64,000 bases of DNA from Squalus acanthias (lineage: Eukaryota), in the NCBI GenBank assembly GCA_030390025.1, contig JASTWF010000324.1, positions 310,001-374,000 of the forward strand, written 5' to 3'. The stretch's first letter is position 1; each line of letters opens with the position of its first letter. Shown here one piece after another: positions 45,781-57,924 of this stretch. The notes beneath the pieces are model-generated. The model was given only the letters and a program-made list of their open reading frames with translations. It was not told the origin of the DNA and ran no database searches. The position numbers were made by a program, and so were the translations under genes.

Positions 45781-48700
45781 CTAGTCCCACTCCCCGCCCT
45801 TTCCCCACAGCCCTGCAAATGTTTTTCCTTCAGGTACTTATCCAACTCCCTTTTTGAAAGCCGTGATTGGGTCGGCCTCCACCACCCTTTCAGGCAGTGC
45901 ATTCCAGACCCTCACCACTCGCTGCATAAAAAAGGTTTTTCCTCATGTCGCCTTTGGTTCTTCTGCCAATCACCTTAAATCTGTGTCCTCTGGTTCTCGA
46001 CCCTTCCGCCAATGGGAGCAGTTTCTCTCTATCTACTCAGTCTAGGCCCCTCATGATTTTGAGCACCTCTATCAAATCTCCTCTCAACCTTCTCTGCTCT
46101 AAGGAGAGCAACCCCAGCTTCTCCAGTCTATCCACGTAACTGAAGTCCCTCATCCCTGGAACCATTCTAGTAAATCTTTATCTAAGGCCGTCACATCCTT
46201 CCTAAAGTGCGGTGCCCAGAATTGGACACAATACTCCAGTTGAGGCCGAACTAGTGTTTTATACAGGTTCATCATAACTTCCTTGCTTTTGTACTCTATG
46301 CCTCTATTTATGAAGCCCAGAATCCCGTATGCTTTTTTAACCACTTTCTCAACCTGCCCTGCCACCTTCAGCGATTTGTGCACATATACCCCCAGGGACC
46401 CCAGTTCTCGTTGTTCGTGCACCCCCTTTAGGATTGTACCATTTAGTTTATATTGCCTTTCCTTATTCTTCCTACCAAAATATATCTGTTTGCACTTTTC
46501 TGCATTGAATTTCATCTGCCATGTATCCGCCCATTTCACCAGCCTGTCTATGTCCTCTTGAAGTCTATCACTCTCCTCCTCACTGTTCACTATACTTCCA
46601 AGTTTTGTGTCATCTGCAAATTTTGAAATTGTGCCCTGTACTCCCACATCGAAGTCATGAATATATATCAAGAAAAGCAGTGGTCCGAGTACCGACCCCT
46701 GGGGAACACCACTGTATACCTTCCTCCAGTCCAAAAAACAACCATTCACCACTACTGTCTGTTTCCTGTCACTTAGCCAGTTTCGTATCCATGCTGCCAC
46801 TGTTCCTTTTATTCCATGGGCTTCAACTTTGCTGGCAAGCCTATTATGTGGCACTTTGTTGAATGCCTTTTGGAAATCCATGTACACAACGTCAACCGCA
46901 CTGCCCTCATCAACCCTCTCTGTTACCTCATCAAATACTCGATCAAGTTAGTTAAACACGAGTTGCCTTTAACAAATTCGTGCTGGCTTTCCTTAATTAA
47001 TCCACACTTGTCCAAGTGACTGTTAACTTTGTCCCTGATTATCATTTCGAAAAGCTTCCCCACTACCGAGGTTAAAATGACTGGCCTGTAGTTGCTGGGT
47101 TTATCCTTACACCGTTTTTTGAACAAGGATGTAACATTTGCAATTCCCCAGTCCTCTGGCACCACCCCCGTATCTAAGGATAATTGGAAGATTATGGCCA
47201 GTAACTCCGCGATTCCCTCCTTAACTTCCCTCAGCGTCCTAGGATGCATCCCATCCACTCCTGGTGACTTACCTACTTTAAGTTCAGACAGCCTTTCTAG
47301 TACCTCCTCTTTTATCAATTCTTATCTCATCCAGTATCTCCTCTACCTCCTCTTTCACTATGACTTTGGCAGCATCTTCTTCCTTGGTAAAGACAGATGC
47401 AAAGTACTCGTTTAGTACCTCAGCCATACCCTCTGCCTCCATGCGTAGGTCTCCTTTTTGGTCCCTAATCGGCCCCACCCCTCCTCTTACTACCCGTTTA
47501 TTATTTATATGCCGAAAGAAGACTTTTGGATTCCCTTTTGTGTTGGCTGTCAATCTATTCTCATACTCTCTCTTCACCCCTCTTATTTTCTTCTCCACTT
47601 CCCCTCTGAACTTTCTATATTCAGCCTGGTTTTCACTTGTATATTCTCAACCTGACATCTGTCACACACCCCCTTTTTCTGCTTCATCTTACTCTCTATC
47701 TCTTTCGTTATCCAGGGAGCTCTGACTTTGGTTGCCTTACCTTTCCCCCTCATGGGAATGTACCTCGACTGTACCCGCACCATCTCCTCTTTAAAGGCAG
47801 CCCATTGTTCAATTACAGTTTTAACATAGACATAGAAACATAGAAGATAGGAGCAGGAATAGGCCATTCGGCCCCTCGAGCCTGCTCCGCCATTCAATGC
47901 GATCATGGCTGATCATCCAAATTCAGTACCCTGTCCCTGCTTTCTCCCCATATCCCTTGATCCCTTTAGCCTTAAGAAATATATCCAACTCCTTCTTGAA
48001 TATATTTAATGAATTGGCCTCTACTGCCTTCTGTGGTAGAGAATTCCACAGGTTCACCACTCTCTGGGTGAAGAAATTCCTCCTCATTTCTGTCCTAAAT
48101 GGCTTACCCCTTATCCTTAGACTGTGACCCTTGGTTCTGGACTCCCCCGCCATTGGGAACATCCTTCCTGCATCTAGTCTGTCCAGTCCTTTCAGAATTT
48201 TTTAAGTTTCAATGAGATCCCCTCTCATTCTTCTAAACTCCAGCGAGTATAAGCCCAATCGACCCAATCTCTCCTCACCCGGGCCAGATCCGTTCTCAAC
48301 CCACTGAAATTTGCCTTCCTCCAATTAAGCATTTTTACTCTAGATTGCTCCCTGTCCTTTTCCATAGCTAATCTAATCCTTATGATGCTATGATCACTGT
48401 TCCCTAAATGTTCCTCTATTGACACTTGCTCCACTTGACCCACCTCATTCCCCAGAACCAGATCCAGCAATGCCTCCTCCCTCGTCGGGCCGGAAATGTA
48501 CTGATCAAGAAAGTTCCCCTGAACACACTTCAGAAATTCTTCCCCCTCTCTGCCCTTAACACTATTACAATCCCAGTCTATATTAGGATAATTGAAGTCC
48601 CCCATTATTACTACTCTATAGTTCTTGCACCTCTCTGTAATTTCCCTGAAAATTTGCTCCTCTATATCCTTCCCAGTAGTAGGTGGTCTATAGAATACAC

Positions 48701-48950
48701 CTAGTAGTGTAATGGCACCTCTATTGTTTCTTAACTTTAACCAAATAGATTCTGTCCTTGACCCCACCAGGACATCCTCCCTCTCCAGCACTGTAACATT
48801 CTCCTGAACCAATACTGCCACACCACCTCCTATCTTTCCTGAACACCTTATAACCAGGAATATTTAATACCAATCCTGCCCTTTTTTGAGCTAGGTCTCC
48901 GTTATCGCCATGACATCATATTCCCATGTGGCTCTTTGCGCCTGCAGCTT
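45781..48950 (-). pseudogene. CR1 ORF2 (APE endonuclease + reverse transcriptase), frameshifted and interrupted
   Basis: GVFYRPP, MGDFNYPNIDW, LLDLVL, SDH (endonuclease); KSPGVDG, NYRPVILTS, YMDFQKAF, GVPQGSVLGPLLF, KFADDTKL (RT), split over several ORFs. Confidence 0.93.
47823..48277 (-). mobile_element. Second CR1 3' fragment nested in ORF2 of the long CR1
   Basis: Has its own tail AACATAGACATAGAAACATAGAAG and ORF2 C-terminus (GHSLRIRGKPFRTEMRRNFFTQRVVNLWNSLP), splitting TDLARV from KTVIEQWAAFKEE. Confidence 0.9.
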
Positions 48951-48992
48951 ACCAACCTTGTTTACCACGCTTCGTGCGTCTACACACATGCA

Positions 48993-50025
48993 CTATAAAC
49001 CTATCTTAGACCTTCTTTTATTCTCTCTTAATCTGACCCCACCTAATACCGTACTATTTCTTACTCTAGTGCTATCTGCCTCTCCCAATCCTTTGTGCAC
49101 CTTGTTTCTCCTTTCTAATGCTGCATCCTGGTGCCCGTCCCCCTGCCAAATTAGTTTAAACCCTCCCCAACAACACTGGCAAACCCCCCCACGAGGACAT
49201 TGGTTCCAGCTCTTTTGAGGTTCAATCCGTCCACCTTGTACAGATCCCACTCTCCCGCCACGCATTGATCTGCTCTATCCTCTTATTTCTATACTCACTA
49301 GCTCGTGGCACCGGGAGTAATCCGGAGATTACTACCTTTGAGGTCCTGCTTTTTAATCTCTTTCCTAGCTCCCTAAAATCTACCTGCAGGACCTCATCTC
49401 TCTTTCTGCCTATGTCATTGGTACCGATATGGAGCACGACCTCTGGCTGTTCACCCTCCCCCTCAGAATGTTCTGCAGCTGCTCCGTGACATCTTTGACC
49501 CTGGCACCAGGGAGACAACATACCATCCTGGAGTCATGTCTGCGGCCGCAGAAACACTTGTCTGTTCCCCTAACTATTGAATCCTCTATCACTATTGCCT
49601 TCCCGATCTTCCTCCCCACCCTGAACAGCTGAGCCACCCGTGGTGTTGTGGACTTGGCTCTGGCTGTACTCCGCAGAGGAACCATCACCCTCACCAGACC
49701 GGTTAGCGAGCGAGATGCACTCCGGGGACTCCTGCACTACCTGCCTGGTCCTCCTCTTCTGTCTGGCTGTCACCCATTCCCTCTCGGCCTGCACTCTCCT
49801 TAGCTGCGGGGTGACCAGCTCCTGAAACGTGCTATCCACGAAGCTCTCAGCCTCATGGATGCCCCGCAGTGAAGCCAGCTGCTGTTCAAGCTCCGAAACC
49901 CGGAGCTCGAGCTCCTCCAGCTGACGACACTTCCTGCACATGTGGTTGTCCAAGACACGGGAAGCGGCCTGGAGTCCCCACATGGCACAGGATGTGCATT
50001 CCACAGGACTGAGGTGCCCTGCCAT
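48993..50025 (-). pseudogene. CR1 ORF1 (zinc finger, leucine zipper, SGNH/GDSL esterase), frameshifted
   Basis: CTSC...HMCRKC, LEELELRVSELEQQL, VIEDSIVRG, CCLPGARVKDV, LHIGTNDIG, ISGLLPVP. Confidence 0.9.
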
Positions 50026-50077
50026 GCCTCTATTTATTCGACTATTAACTAACTTACAGAAATAAGCTTAAGACTAA

Positions 50078-50818
50078 GGGGGAGAAATTGGCCTTCTTTG
50101 CGCCTCCCGTTAGCACCTCTGGGGGCTGATAACAGGGCGCGAGGGGCTTACCGACCCGGCGCGGTGAAATTACCGATGCCCGCGAACTTTCATGGTGGGT
50201 TAGCGCTAGCACTAAAACAAACCGCCTCGATCTCCTGCGGCCTGGAGTTCATGACGTCATCCGGTGCGCAGCGCCCCGTTATCGCCCCGAATGTAGAATT
50301 CGCTCCCGCCCCCTGCAGCATCGCCGGGCGTCAACAACGGCAGCTACAGGAGGCATGGTCACCTCGGCCGGCCGCATGGGGAGCGGTAATTAGAGGGAGT
50401 GGTGGTCAGGTAGGCCAACATTTAATAATGTCCCCAGTGTGCTGTATTTTGATGTTTTTCCAGCCTGCGATTGATCGGCCCTGCGCTCTCTCTCACAGTG
50501 CTCGGGGCTGCTGTGCCCGTATCGCAGGTGCCGTCAACGACCATTCCCAGCCTCAGCCTTCAATGACCGCAGCATTGGGCCTTCCCTTTAAGGGAGGGAG
50601 GGAGCCTGTAAAATCGGCAACGCTGCCCGGAACATTGTGCAGCGCTCTGCCACTCCCGCCCCTCTCGCTCCCTTTAGCGCCCTCAGGGAAGTGGTAGCGC
50701 TTGATTTAGCGATCCATTTCCCTCTTGGAGCGCTAAACCGCAAGTTCCCGCCGGAATGAATTGTGTAGCTCCCGCAAAAATTATTGCCCCAAAGGGGCCG
50801 CTACGCAATTTCTAGCCC
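50078..50818. mobile_element. Non-autonomous PIF/Harbinger-type DNA transposon (MITE), 741 bp
   Basis: TIRs GGGGGAGAAATTG / CAATTTCTAGCCC (11/13 match); TAA on both sides (50075-50077, 50819-50821); GC/CpG-rich interior without a transposase. Confidence 0.8.
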
Positions 50819-50934
50819 TAAGAGTCTTAAAATTCGGGCCTATCTTTATCTCCGGTGGCTTCTCTCGCTCTCTTAGTTAAAGTCTTTATTCACAAGATTA
50901 CTTTTAGTCATATTAATTCGTTTATCTAGTTAAG

Positions 50935-51305
50935 TTTTTTTTAATTCGTTTATGGGAGGTGGGCGTCGCTGGCAAGTCCAGCATTTATTGCCGATCCCTA
51001 GTTGCCCTTGAGAAGGTGGTGGTGAGCTGCCTTCTTGAACCGCTGCAGTCCGTGTGCTGAAGGTACTCCCACAGTGCTGTTAGGGAGGGAGTTCCAGGAT
51101 TTTGACCCAGCGACGATGAAGGAACGGCGATATCTTTCCAAGTCAGGATGGTGTGTGACTTGGAGGGGAACTTGGAGGTGGTGGTGTTCCAATGCGTCTG
51201 CTGCCCTTGTCCTTCTAGGTGGAAGAGGTCGCGGGTTTGGGAGGTGCTGCCGAAGAAGCCTTGGCGAGTTGCTGCAGTGCATCTTGTAGATGGTACACAC
51301 TACAG
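50935..51305 (-). mobile_element. LINE 3' fragment (CR1/L2 group)
   Basis: RSFIVAGSKSWNSLP...LQRFKKAAHHHLLKGN-stop followed by an A-rich tail; closely similar to 60610-60925. Confidence 0.8.
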
Positions 51306-51384
51306 CCCCATCAAAGCTGGTGCAGGAGGGAGTTTCTGGTCTTGGCTTGGTCCTTGAGAGCTCCATCGGTACAGTCCCACTCTA

Positions 51385-53367
51385 GATCTCGCTCTCGCTC
51401 TCTGTCCCCTCTTCACGATCTCGCTCTCACTCTCACTCTATGTCCTCTCTTCACGATCTCGCTCTCACTCTCTGTCCTCGCTTCACGATCTCGCTCTCAC
51501 TCTCTGTCCTCTCTTCACGATCTCGCTCTCACTCTCTGTCCTCTCTTCACGATCTCGCTCTCACTCTCTGTCCTCTCTTCATGATCTCGCTCTCACTCTG
51601 TCTCCTCTTCACGATCTCGCTCTCACTCTGTCCTCTCTTCACGATCTCGCTCTCACTCTCTGTCCTCTCTTCACGATCTCGCTCTCACTCTCTGTCTCCT
51701 CTTCACGATCTCGCTCTCACTCTGTCCTCTCTTCACGATCTCGCTCTCACTCTGTCCTCTCTTCACGATCTCGCTCTCACTCTCTGTCCTCTCTTCACGA
51801 TCTCGCTCTCACTCTCTGTCCTCTCTTCACGATCTCGCTCTCACTCTCTGTCCTCTCTTCACGATCTCGCACTCACTCTCTGTCCTCTCTTCATGATCTC
51901 GCTCTCACTCTGTCTCCTCTTCACGATCTCGCTCTCACTCTGTCTCCTCTTCACGATCTCGCTCTCACTCTCTGTCCTCTCTTCACGATCTCGCTCCCAC
52001 TCTCGGTCCTCTCTTCACGATCTCGATCTCACTCTGTCTCCTCTTCACGATCTCGCTTTCACTCTCTGTCCTCTCTTCACGATCTCGCTCTCACTCTGTC
52101 TCCTCTTCACGATCTCGCTCTCACTCTCTGTCCTCTCTTCACAATCTCGCTCTCACTCTCTGTCCCCTCTTCACGATCTCGCTCTCACTCTCTGTCCTCT
52201 CTTCACGATCTCGCTCTCACTCTGTCCTCTCTTCACGAACTCGCTCTCACTCTCTGTCCTCTCTTCACGATCTCGCTCTCACTCTCTGTCCTCTCTTCAC
52301 AATCTCGCTCTCACTCTGTCCTCTCTTCACGATCTCGCTCTCACTCTCTGTCTCCTCTTCACGATCTCGCTCTCACTCTCTGTCCTCTCTTCACGATCTC
52401 GCTCTCACTCTCTGTCTCCTCTTCACGATCTCGCTCTCACTCTCTGTCCTCTCTTCACAATCTCGCTCTCACTCTCTGTCTCCTCTTCACAATCTCGCTC
52501 TCACTCTCTGTCCTCTCTTCACGATCTCGCTCTCACTCTCTGTCCTCTCTTCACAATCTCGCTCTCACTCTCTGTCCTCTCTTCACAATCTCGCTCTCAC
52601 TCTCTGTCTCCTCTTCGCAATCTCGCTCTCACTCTCTGTCCTCCCTTCACGATCTCGCTCTCACTCTGTCCTCTCTTCACGATCTCGCTCTCACTCTCTG
52701 TCCTCTCTTCATGATCTCGCTCTCACTCTGTCCTCTCTTCACGATCTCGCTCTCACTCTCTGTCTCCTCTTCACGATCTCGCTCTCACTCTCTGTCCCCT
52801 CTTCACGATCTCGCTCTCACTCTCTGTCCTCTCTTCACGATCTCGCTCTCACTCTGTCCTCTCTTCACGATCTCGCTCTCACTCTCTGTCCTCTCTTCAT
52901 GATCTCGCTCTCACTCTCTGTCCTCTCTTCACGATCTCGCTCTCACTCTCTGTCCTCTCTTCACGATCTCGCTCTCACTCTCTGTCCTCTCTTCACAATC
53001 TCGCTCTCACTCTGTCCTCTCTTCACGATTTCGCTCTCACTCTCTGTCTTCTCTTCACGATCTCGCTCTCACTCTCTGTCCTCTCTTCACGATCTCGCTC
53101 TCACTCTCTGTCTCCTCTTCACGATCTCGCTCTCACTCTCTGTCCTCTCTTCACAATCTCGCTCTCACTCTCTGTCTCCTCTTCACGATCTCGCTCTCAC
53201 TCTGTCTCCTCTTCACGATTTCACTCTCACTCTCTGTCCTCTCTTCACGATCTCGCTCTCACTCTCTGTCCTCTCTTCACGATCTCGCTCTCACTCTCTG
53301 TCCTCTCTTCACGAAATCGCTCTCACTCTCTGTCCTCTCTTCATGATCTCGCTCTCACTCTGTCCCC
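51385..53367. repeat. CT-rich 30/32-bp minisatellite TCACGATCTCGCTCTCACTC(TC)TGTCCTCTCT, ~63 copies
   Basis: Tandem array with a variable TC dinucleotide. Confidence 0.97.
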
Positions 53368-53961
53368 TCCTCATCATTTGACTCTTGCGTTTCAATCTCT
53401 GCTCACTTCCTAAATGCTCCTTTCTCAGGGGTGACATTCACAGGTCACAGGTGCAGGTTGGAAATAGACATTTTTTGTTGCCAAGCCTGTAATTCCCAAT
53501 GATGAAGGGCTTCTGAATCGCGCTGGATGATGACCGTTTATCTTGGCTGTCACTCCTACTGCACGTTTATGAATCCCCACAGACCAACGCCTCAGAAATC
53601 TGAGTTGGATTTTGTCTTTAACCGTTCTGTATCGAACAAGAGAAAAGTTTATTTACAACTTCACGGCTATGATTTTAAACTTTTGACACAGTCGTTGGGA
53701 TGATTTACTAACAGAGCTGGTCATTAACTGTGTCTTTTACAATCGGTGCTTTTAACCAGTGATATTGGCTGAGCTTCCTACTGGGGTGAAAGGTCAATTA
53801 CATCAAACAAGGTTACAGTCGCAAACATCCTTTTCCTTCAGTTACTTTCGACTGGTTTGGTCTCATACCCGAGGAGATTCTCACAACACCTTCCCGCTGC
53901 CCCTACACATCATCCAAGAGAAGGACTGTGGTCTGCTAGGAGGAAGCAACACCAAGAGGGA

Positions 53962-54065
53962 GTGGGGATGGAGATAGCGACACACTGAGGGATTGGAGAT
54001 GGAGGAGAGACACTGAGGGATTGGAGATTGAGGGAGAGACATGGAGGGATTGGAGATGGAGAGAG
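53962..54065. repeat. Short degenerate ~28-bp repeat (ACACTGAGGGATTGGAGATGGAGGAGAG)
   Basis: Three to four imperfect copies of GAGGGATTGGAGAT. Confidence 0.6.
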
Positions 54066-54077
54066 AGACCTCTCAAT

Positions 54078-54527
54078 CCTTTATTGCAAGGGGTTGGAGT
54101 ATAAGAGTAAGGAAGTCTTGCTACAATTGTACAGGGCCTTGGTGAGACCACACCTGGAATATTGTGCACAGTTTTGGTCTCCTTATCTAAGGAAGGATAT
54201 ACTTGCCTTGGAGACTGTGCACCAGATTGATTCCTGGGATGAGAGGGCTGTCCTATGATGAGAGATTGTGTAGAATAGGCCTATACACTCTGGAATTTAG
54301 AAGAATGAGTCTTTGGAATTCTCTGCCCCAGAGGGTTGTGGATGCTGAGTCATTGAGTATACTCAAGGCTGAGATCGATAGATTTTTGGACTCGAGGGGA
54401 ATCGAGGGATATGGGGATCGGGCGGGAAAGTGGAGTTGAGGTCGATGATCAGCCATGATCTTATTGAATGGCGGAGCAGGCTCGAGGGGCCGAATGGCCG
54501 ACTCCTGCTCCTATTTCTTATGTTTCT
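54078..54527 (+). mobile_element. CR1 3' fragment with internal deletions
   Basis: GLEYKSKEVLLQLYRALVRPHLEYCAQFWSPYLRKDI; LEFRRM joined directly to SLWNSLPQ; CR1 3' UTR. Confidence 0.9.
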
Positions 54528-54547
54528 TAAACTTGCTTTCTATTCCC

Positions 54548-54710
54548 TTGAGTTTAGAAGATTAGAGAGATGATCTAATTGAGGTGTCTTTTTGTTGGGT
54601 AAGGATATTAAGGGATACAGAACCAAGGCGGGTAAATGAAGTTGAGGTACAGCTCAGCCAGGATCTCATTGAATGGCGGAACAGGCTCGAGGGGCTGAGT
54701 GTCTCCTCCT
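54548..54710 (+). mobile_element. CR1 3' fragment (deleted)
   Basis: Similar to 42595-42720 (TTTTGTTGGGTAAGG...GGCTCGAGGGGCTGAGTG). Confidence 0.75.
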
Positions 54711-55794
54711 GAACCCAGAGGTAGTGAGGCCAGATGTTGTATGTCCCCCTCCCACTCCCACCGCAGCCACCTGCGCTGAGATCAGCTGACCTGAGATGGA
54801 GCGGGGGTATCGAACTCTGGGTCCTGAGGCTCTCTCCCTGCCTTTGGGGGAGCAGGGCAGGAGCGCAGCACCTGGAGGGACCCTTCACTCGGGCGGGAAA
54901 GTTCCCCGGGGACACTTCGGGAAGACTTGACTCTGCTCGTATCCGAGTTCTTGGAAACAGCTTAGTTGTGGTGGAATGGGTGAGTGAATCTGTGTGGGTG
55001 AGGGGTAAAGCTGTGAACATCCTTCCCTTCCTTTCCCCCCCCGCCCCCCACCCCGGGAGAGAATTGACGGATTACTTCCATCGGTCTAGACTGCCGCAAC
55101 CCATTAAGGAATAATTACAGAAAGTCGTGACATTCATGGCGAGTCGGAATATCAGAGAGAAGCAAAAATCTAATTAAAAGCCCTTCACCAGCGGGGATAC
55201 AGGAGCCTCCGCGAGGCGGTCCATCAAACCTAGTGTCTGGTTGCAGGCTCTAATTGCTCGGTCGTGGTTTTCACTGTGACGGGGCCTCTGAAAGCTGTGA
55301 GCAACAGGTCGGCCGCCTGCTCGTGGGCCTTTGCGGATCGGGCACAGCCCAGGGAGAGGCTGCAGGCCGTGGATTGGGAGCGCCTCGCTCGTAGGCCCGG
55401 CTTTCCGCCTCCCCTTGCCCCACACACACTCTCCCCCGCCCCCATCCCAGGGCACAGATCGATCTTAGACCTCAGTCAGCGTCGCTCACAGTGTGGGGGT
55501 GCGGTGGTCACCCAGCGGATTAGCTGAATTCTTTTTGCGAGGGAGATCTGCGTCGAGGCACAGGTGCTTTATTCGGGGGGGAGGCCTCTGTTGTGTCAGC
55601 TCTCTGATGGTGATACTCTTCGCACAGGTTTCAAAGTTCAAAACTGTAAAACGGAAGAACAAATATCCCGTGCTTCTCCCCAGCCGGACCAGATAATCAG
55701 GAAGAGAATTCAGATCTTTCCGACTTTTGGCCACTCCAGGCAGCACAGGATGGAGCCTGATTTGTAGGCCTCAGCATCACAACATATGATCAAA

Positions 55795-56003
55795 TGGTGA
55801 GAATGTGGAACTCGCTACCACAGGGAGTGGTTGAAGCGAATCGCAGAGATGCATTTCAGGGGAAACTGGATAAACACATGAGGGTGAAAGGAATAGAAGG
55901 ATATGCTGACAGGGTGAGATGAAGAGCGGTCGGAGAAGCTCGTGTGGAACATAAACACCGGCACGGAGCAGTTGGGTCGAAGGGCCTGTTTCTGTGCTGT
56001 ACA
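55795..56003 (+). mobile_element. CR1 3' fragment
   Basis: GTGAGAATGTGGAACTCGCTACCACAG (VRMWNSLPQ)...GGGCCTGTTTCTGTGCTGTA. Confidence 0.75.
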
Positions 56004-56031
56004 TTCCATCTAAATCATTGGGGGGAACTTT

Positions 56032-56664
56032 GGGAGAGAAATTTGCCATGCGTCCATATCGGGTGTGGAATCACCAGCGCGATTACTGGACTGAGCCCTG
56101 GGCCTGATTCGGTACTCCCCCTCGTTTGAGTGTTTGAGCCTGGTGCGGTCGCCAAGTGGGTCTTGACTAATCCCAGGGGGTGGTGGAGGTGGGGCAGGGG
56201 TTGGGTGGGGGGTGGTGAGCCCGGGCTGGCAGCAGCCAGCAGGAGTACTTTGGGACCAGGAGGAGCACGCCTGCATCTTGTGGCTGTTCAAGAAATATAA
56301 CTATGAAAACGTTTTGTGGCTGGTTTGTTGAGGGGCCTCTGACGGTCCCTATGAGGACCTCTGGTTAGGCCACTCAAGACCCAGTGGGACTAGGCGGAGC
56401 TATCGGCGCACATGCTCTGCCCATTTGGACCTGTATTTTCCATCGGGGGCCCTACAACCGGCAATGGGACCTCGATTTGCACCAGTTTCAGGCGGGTGGG
56501 GGTGAGGGTGGGGGTGGCTTGCCCATTTACAGGCCCCCCTCAATCTGGCGTCAGGCAGTCCGCAGGCATCAATGGGGCAGCCGAGGTTCCACCTCCGATT
56601 TTCAACTCCCGGCCGCCCGGTTTTCAGGCGCCCAATGGACAACTGTGTGTTGAATTTCTGCCCC
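56032..56664. mobile_element. Degenerate Harbinger-like MITE
   Basis: Imperfect TIRs GGGAGAGAAATTT / GAATTTCTGCCCC resembling those at 50078-50818; GC-rich interior; TSD not preserved. Confidence 0.45.
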
Positions 56665-56797
56665 TCGTGAATGAAATAAGCGGCCCCTTCCCCTCCCTGT
56701 CGCATTTTTAGAATCTCCATACAGGTGTATCACATTGGCTCAGGAATCTCTGACAGGCAAAGCTAAGTTCTGATGAAGGATTAAACCTCTGAGACCT

Positions 56798-57185
56798 CAT
56801 AGAATCAGATAAATTTACAGCACGGAAAGAGGCCATTTGGCCCATCGTGTCTGTGCCGACCGACAAAGAGCTATCCAGCCTCATCCCACTTTCCAGCTCT
56901 TGGTCCGTAGCCCTGTAGGTCACAGCACTTCAAGTGCATATCCAAGTACTGTTTAAATGTGAGGAGGGTTTCTGCCTCTACCACCCTTTCAGGCAGTGAG
57001 TTCCAGACCCCCACCACCCTCTGGGTGAAAAGATTTCTCCTCAACTCCCCTCTAATCCTTCTACCAATTACTTTAAATCTCTGCCCCCTGGTTATTGATC
57101 TCTCTGCTGAGGGAAATAGGTCCTTCCTATCCACTCTATCCAAGCCCCTCATAATTTTATACACCTCAATTATATCCCCCCTCAT
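56798..57185 (-). mobile_element. CR1 3' fragment
   Basis: RGDIIEVYKIMRGLDRVD...RRNLFTQRVVGVWNSLPERVVEA. Confidence 0.9.
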
Positions 57186-57404
57186 AACCAACCTCTTTAC
57201 TTTCCAGATGCTGACTGGCCTGATGTGTGTTATGTACGACACTTGCATATTGTTAATGGAACTTCACAAGACCGCTGATGGGAGCAAGCATTTTGCAGCA
57301 ATGTCTACCCTGACATTAATTTGTTTGTCCTTGACGGAATATTCCAGGCAGTCCTGACAGTAAAAGCAGCGAGTTATTAGCAAACCAATTTGCGTCATAT
57401 CACG

Positions 57405-57518
57405 GTTATCTGATTGTGGGACCTTGCTGTGCGCAAATTTGCTGCTGTTTTATACAATAAAACAGAAACAACACCTCAAAACAACGTCATTGGATGTAAA
57501 GAGTTTTGGGATGCCCTA
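57405..57518 (+). mobile_element. Old SINE 3' remnant
   Basis: TGTGGGACCTTGCTGTGCGCAAATT...CATTGGATGTAAAGAGTTTTGGGATG resembles the 3' part of the SINE family above. Confidence 0.5.
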
Positions 57519-57523
57519 ACGCA

Positions 57524-57924
57524 CCTGTGTATATTATAGGGAATAGCAGCCCCTGTGTATATTATAGAGAATAGCAGGCCCTGTGTATATTATAGGGAAT
57601 AGCAGCCCCTGTGTATATTATAGAGAATAGCAGCCCCTGTGTATATTATAGTGAATAGCAGCCCCTGTGTATATTATAGAGAATAGCAGCCCCTGTGTAT
57701 ATTATAGAGAATAGCAGCCCCTGTGTATATTATAGTGAATAGCTGCCCCTGTGTATATTATAGAGAATAGCAGCCCCTGTGTATATTATAGAGAATAGCA
57801 GCCCCTGTGTATATTATAGTGAATAGCAGCCCCTGTGTATATTATAGAGAATAGCAGCCCCTGTGTATATTATAGAGAATAGCAGCCCCTGTGTATATTA
57901 TAGAGAATAGCAGCCCCTGTGTAT
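57524..57924. repeat. 28-bp minisatellite GCCCCTGTGTATATTATAGAGAATAGCA, ~14 copies (left part)
   Basis: Tandem copies with period 28. Confidence 0.95.

Larger units (their letters stand above)
45697..50074 (-). mobile_element. Nearly full-length, inactivated CR1 LINE
   Basis: Tail CATAGAATCATAGAAT at 45697; ORF2 (endonuclease + RT) and ORF1 fragments in the correct order; AT-rich 5' UTR interrupted by a MITE. Confidence 0.95.

Noticed and set aside
50098..50697. 199-aa ORF as transposase
   Set aside because: No DDE or Myb/SANT motifs; GC-rich MITE interior.
51440..53381. 424-aa and 160-aa Ser/Leu-rich ORFs
   Set aside because: Translations of a stop-free minisatellite.
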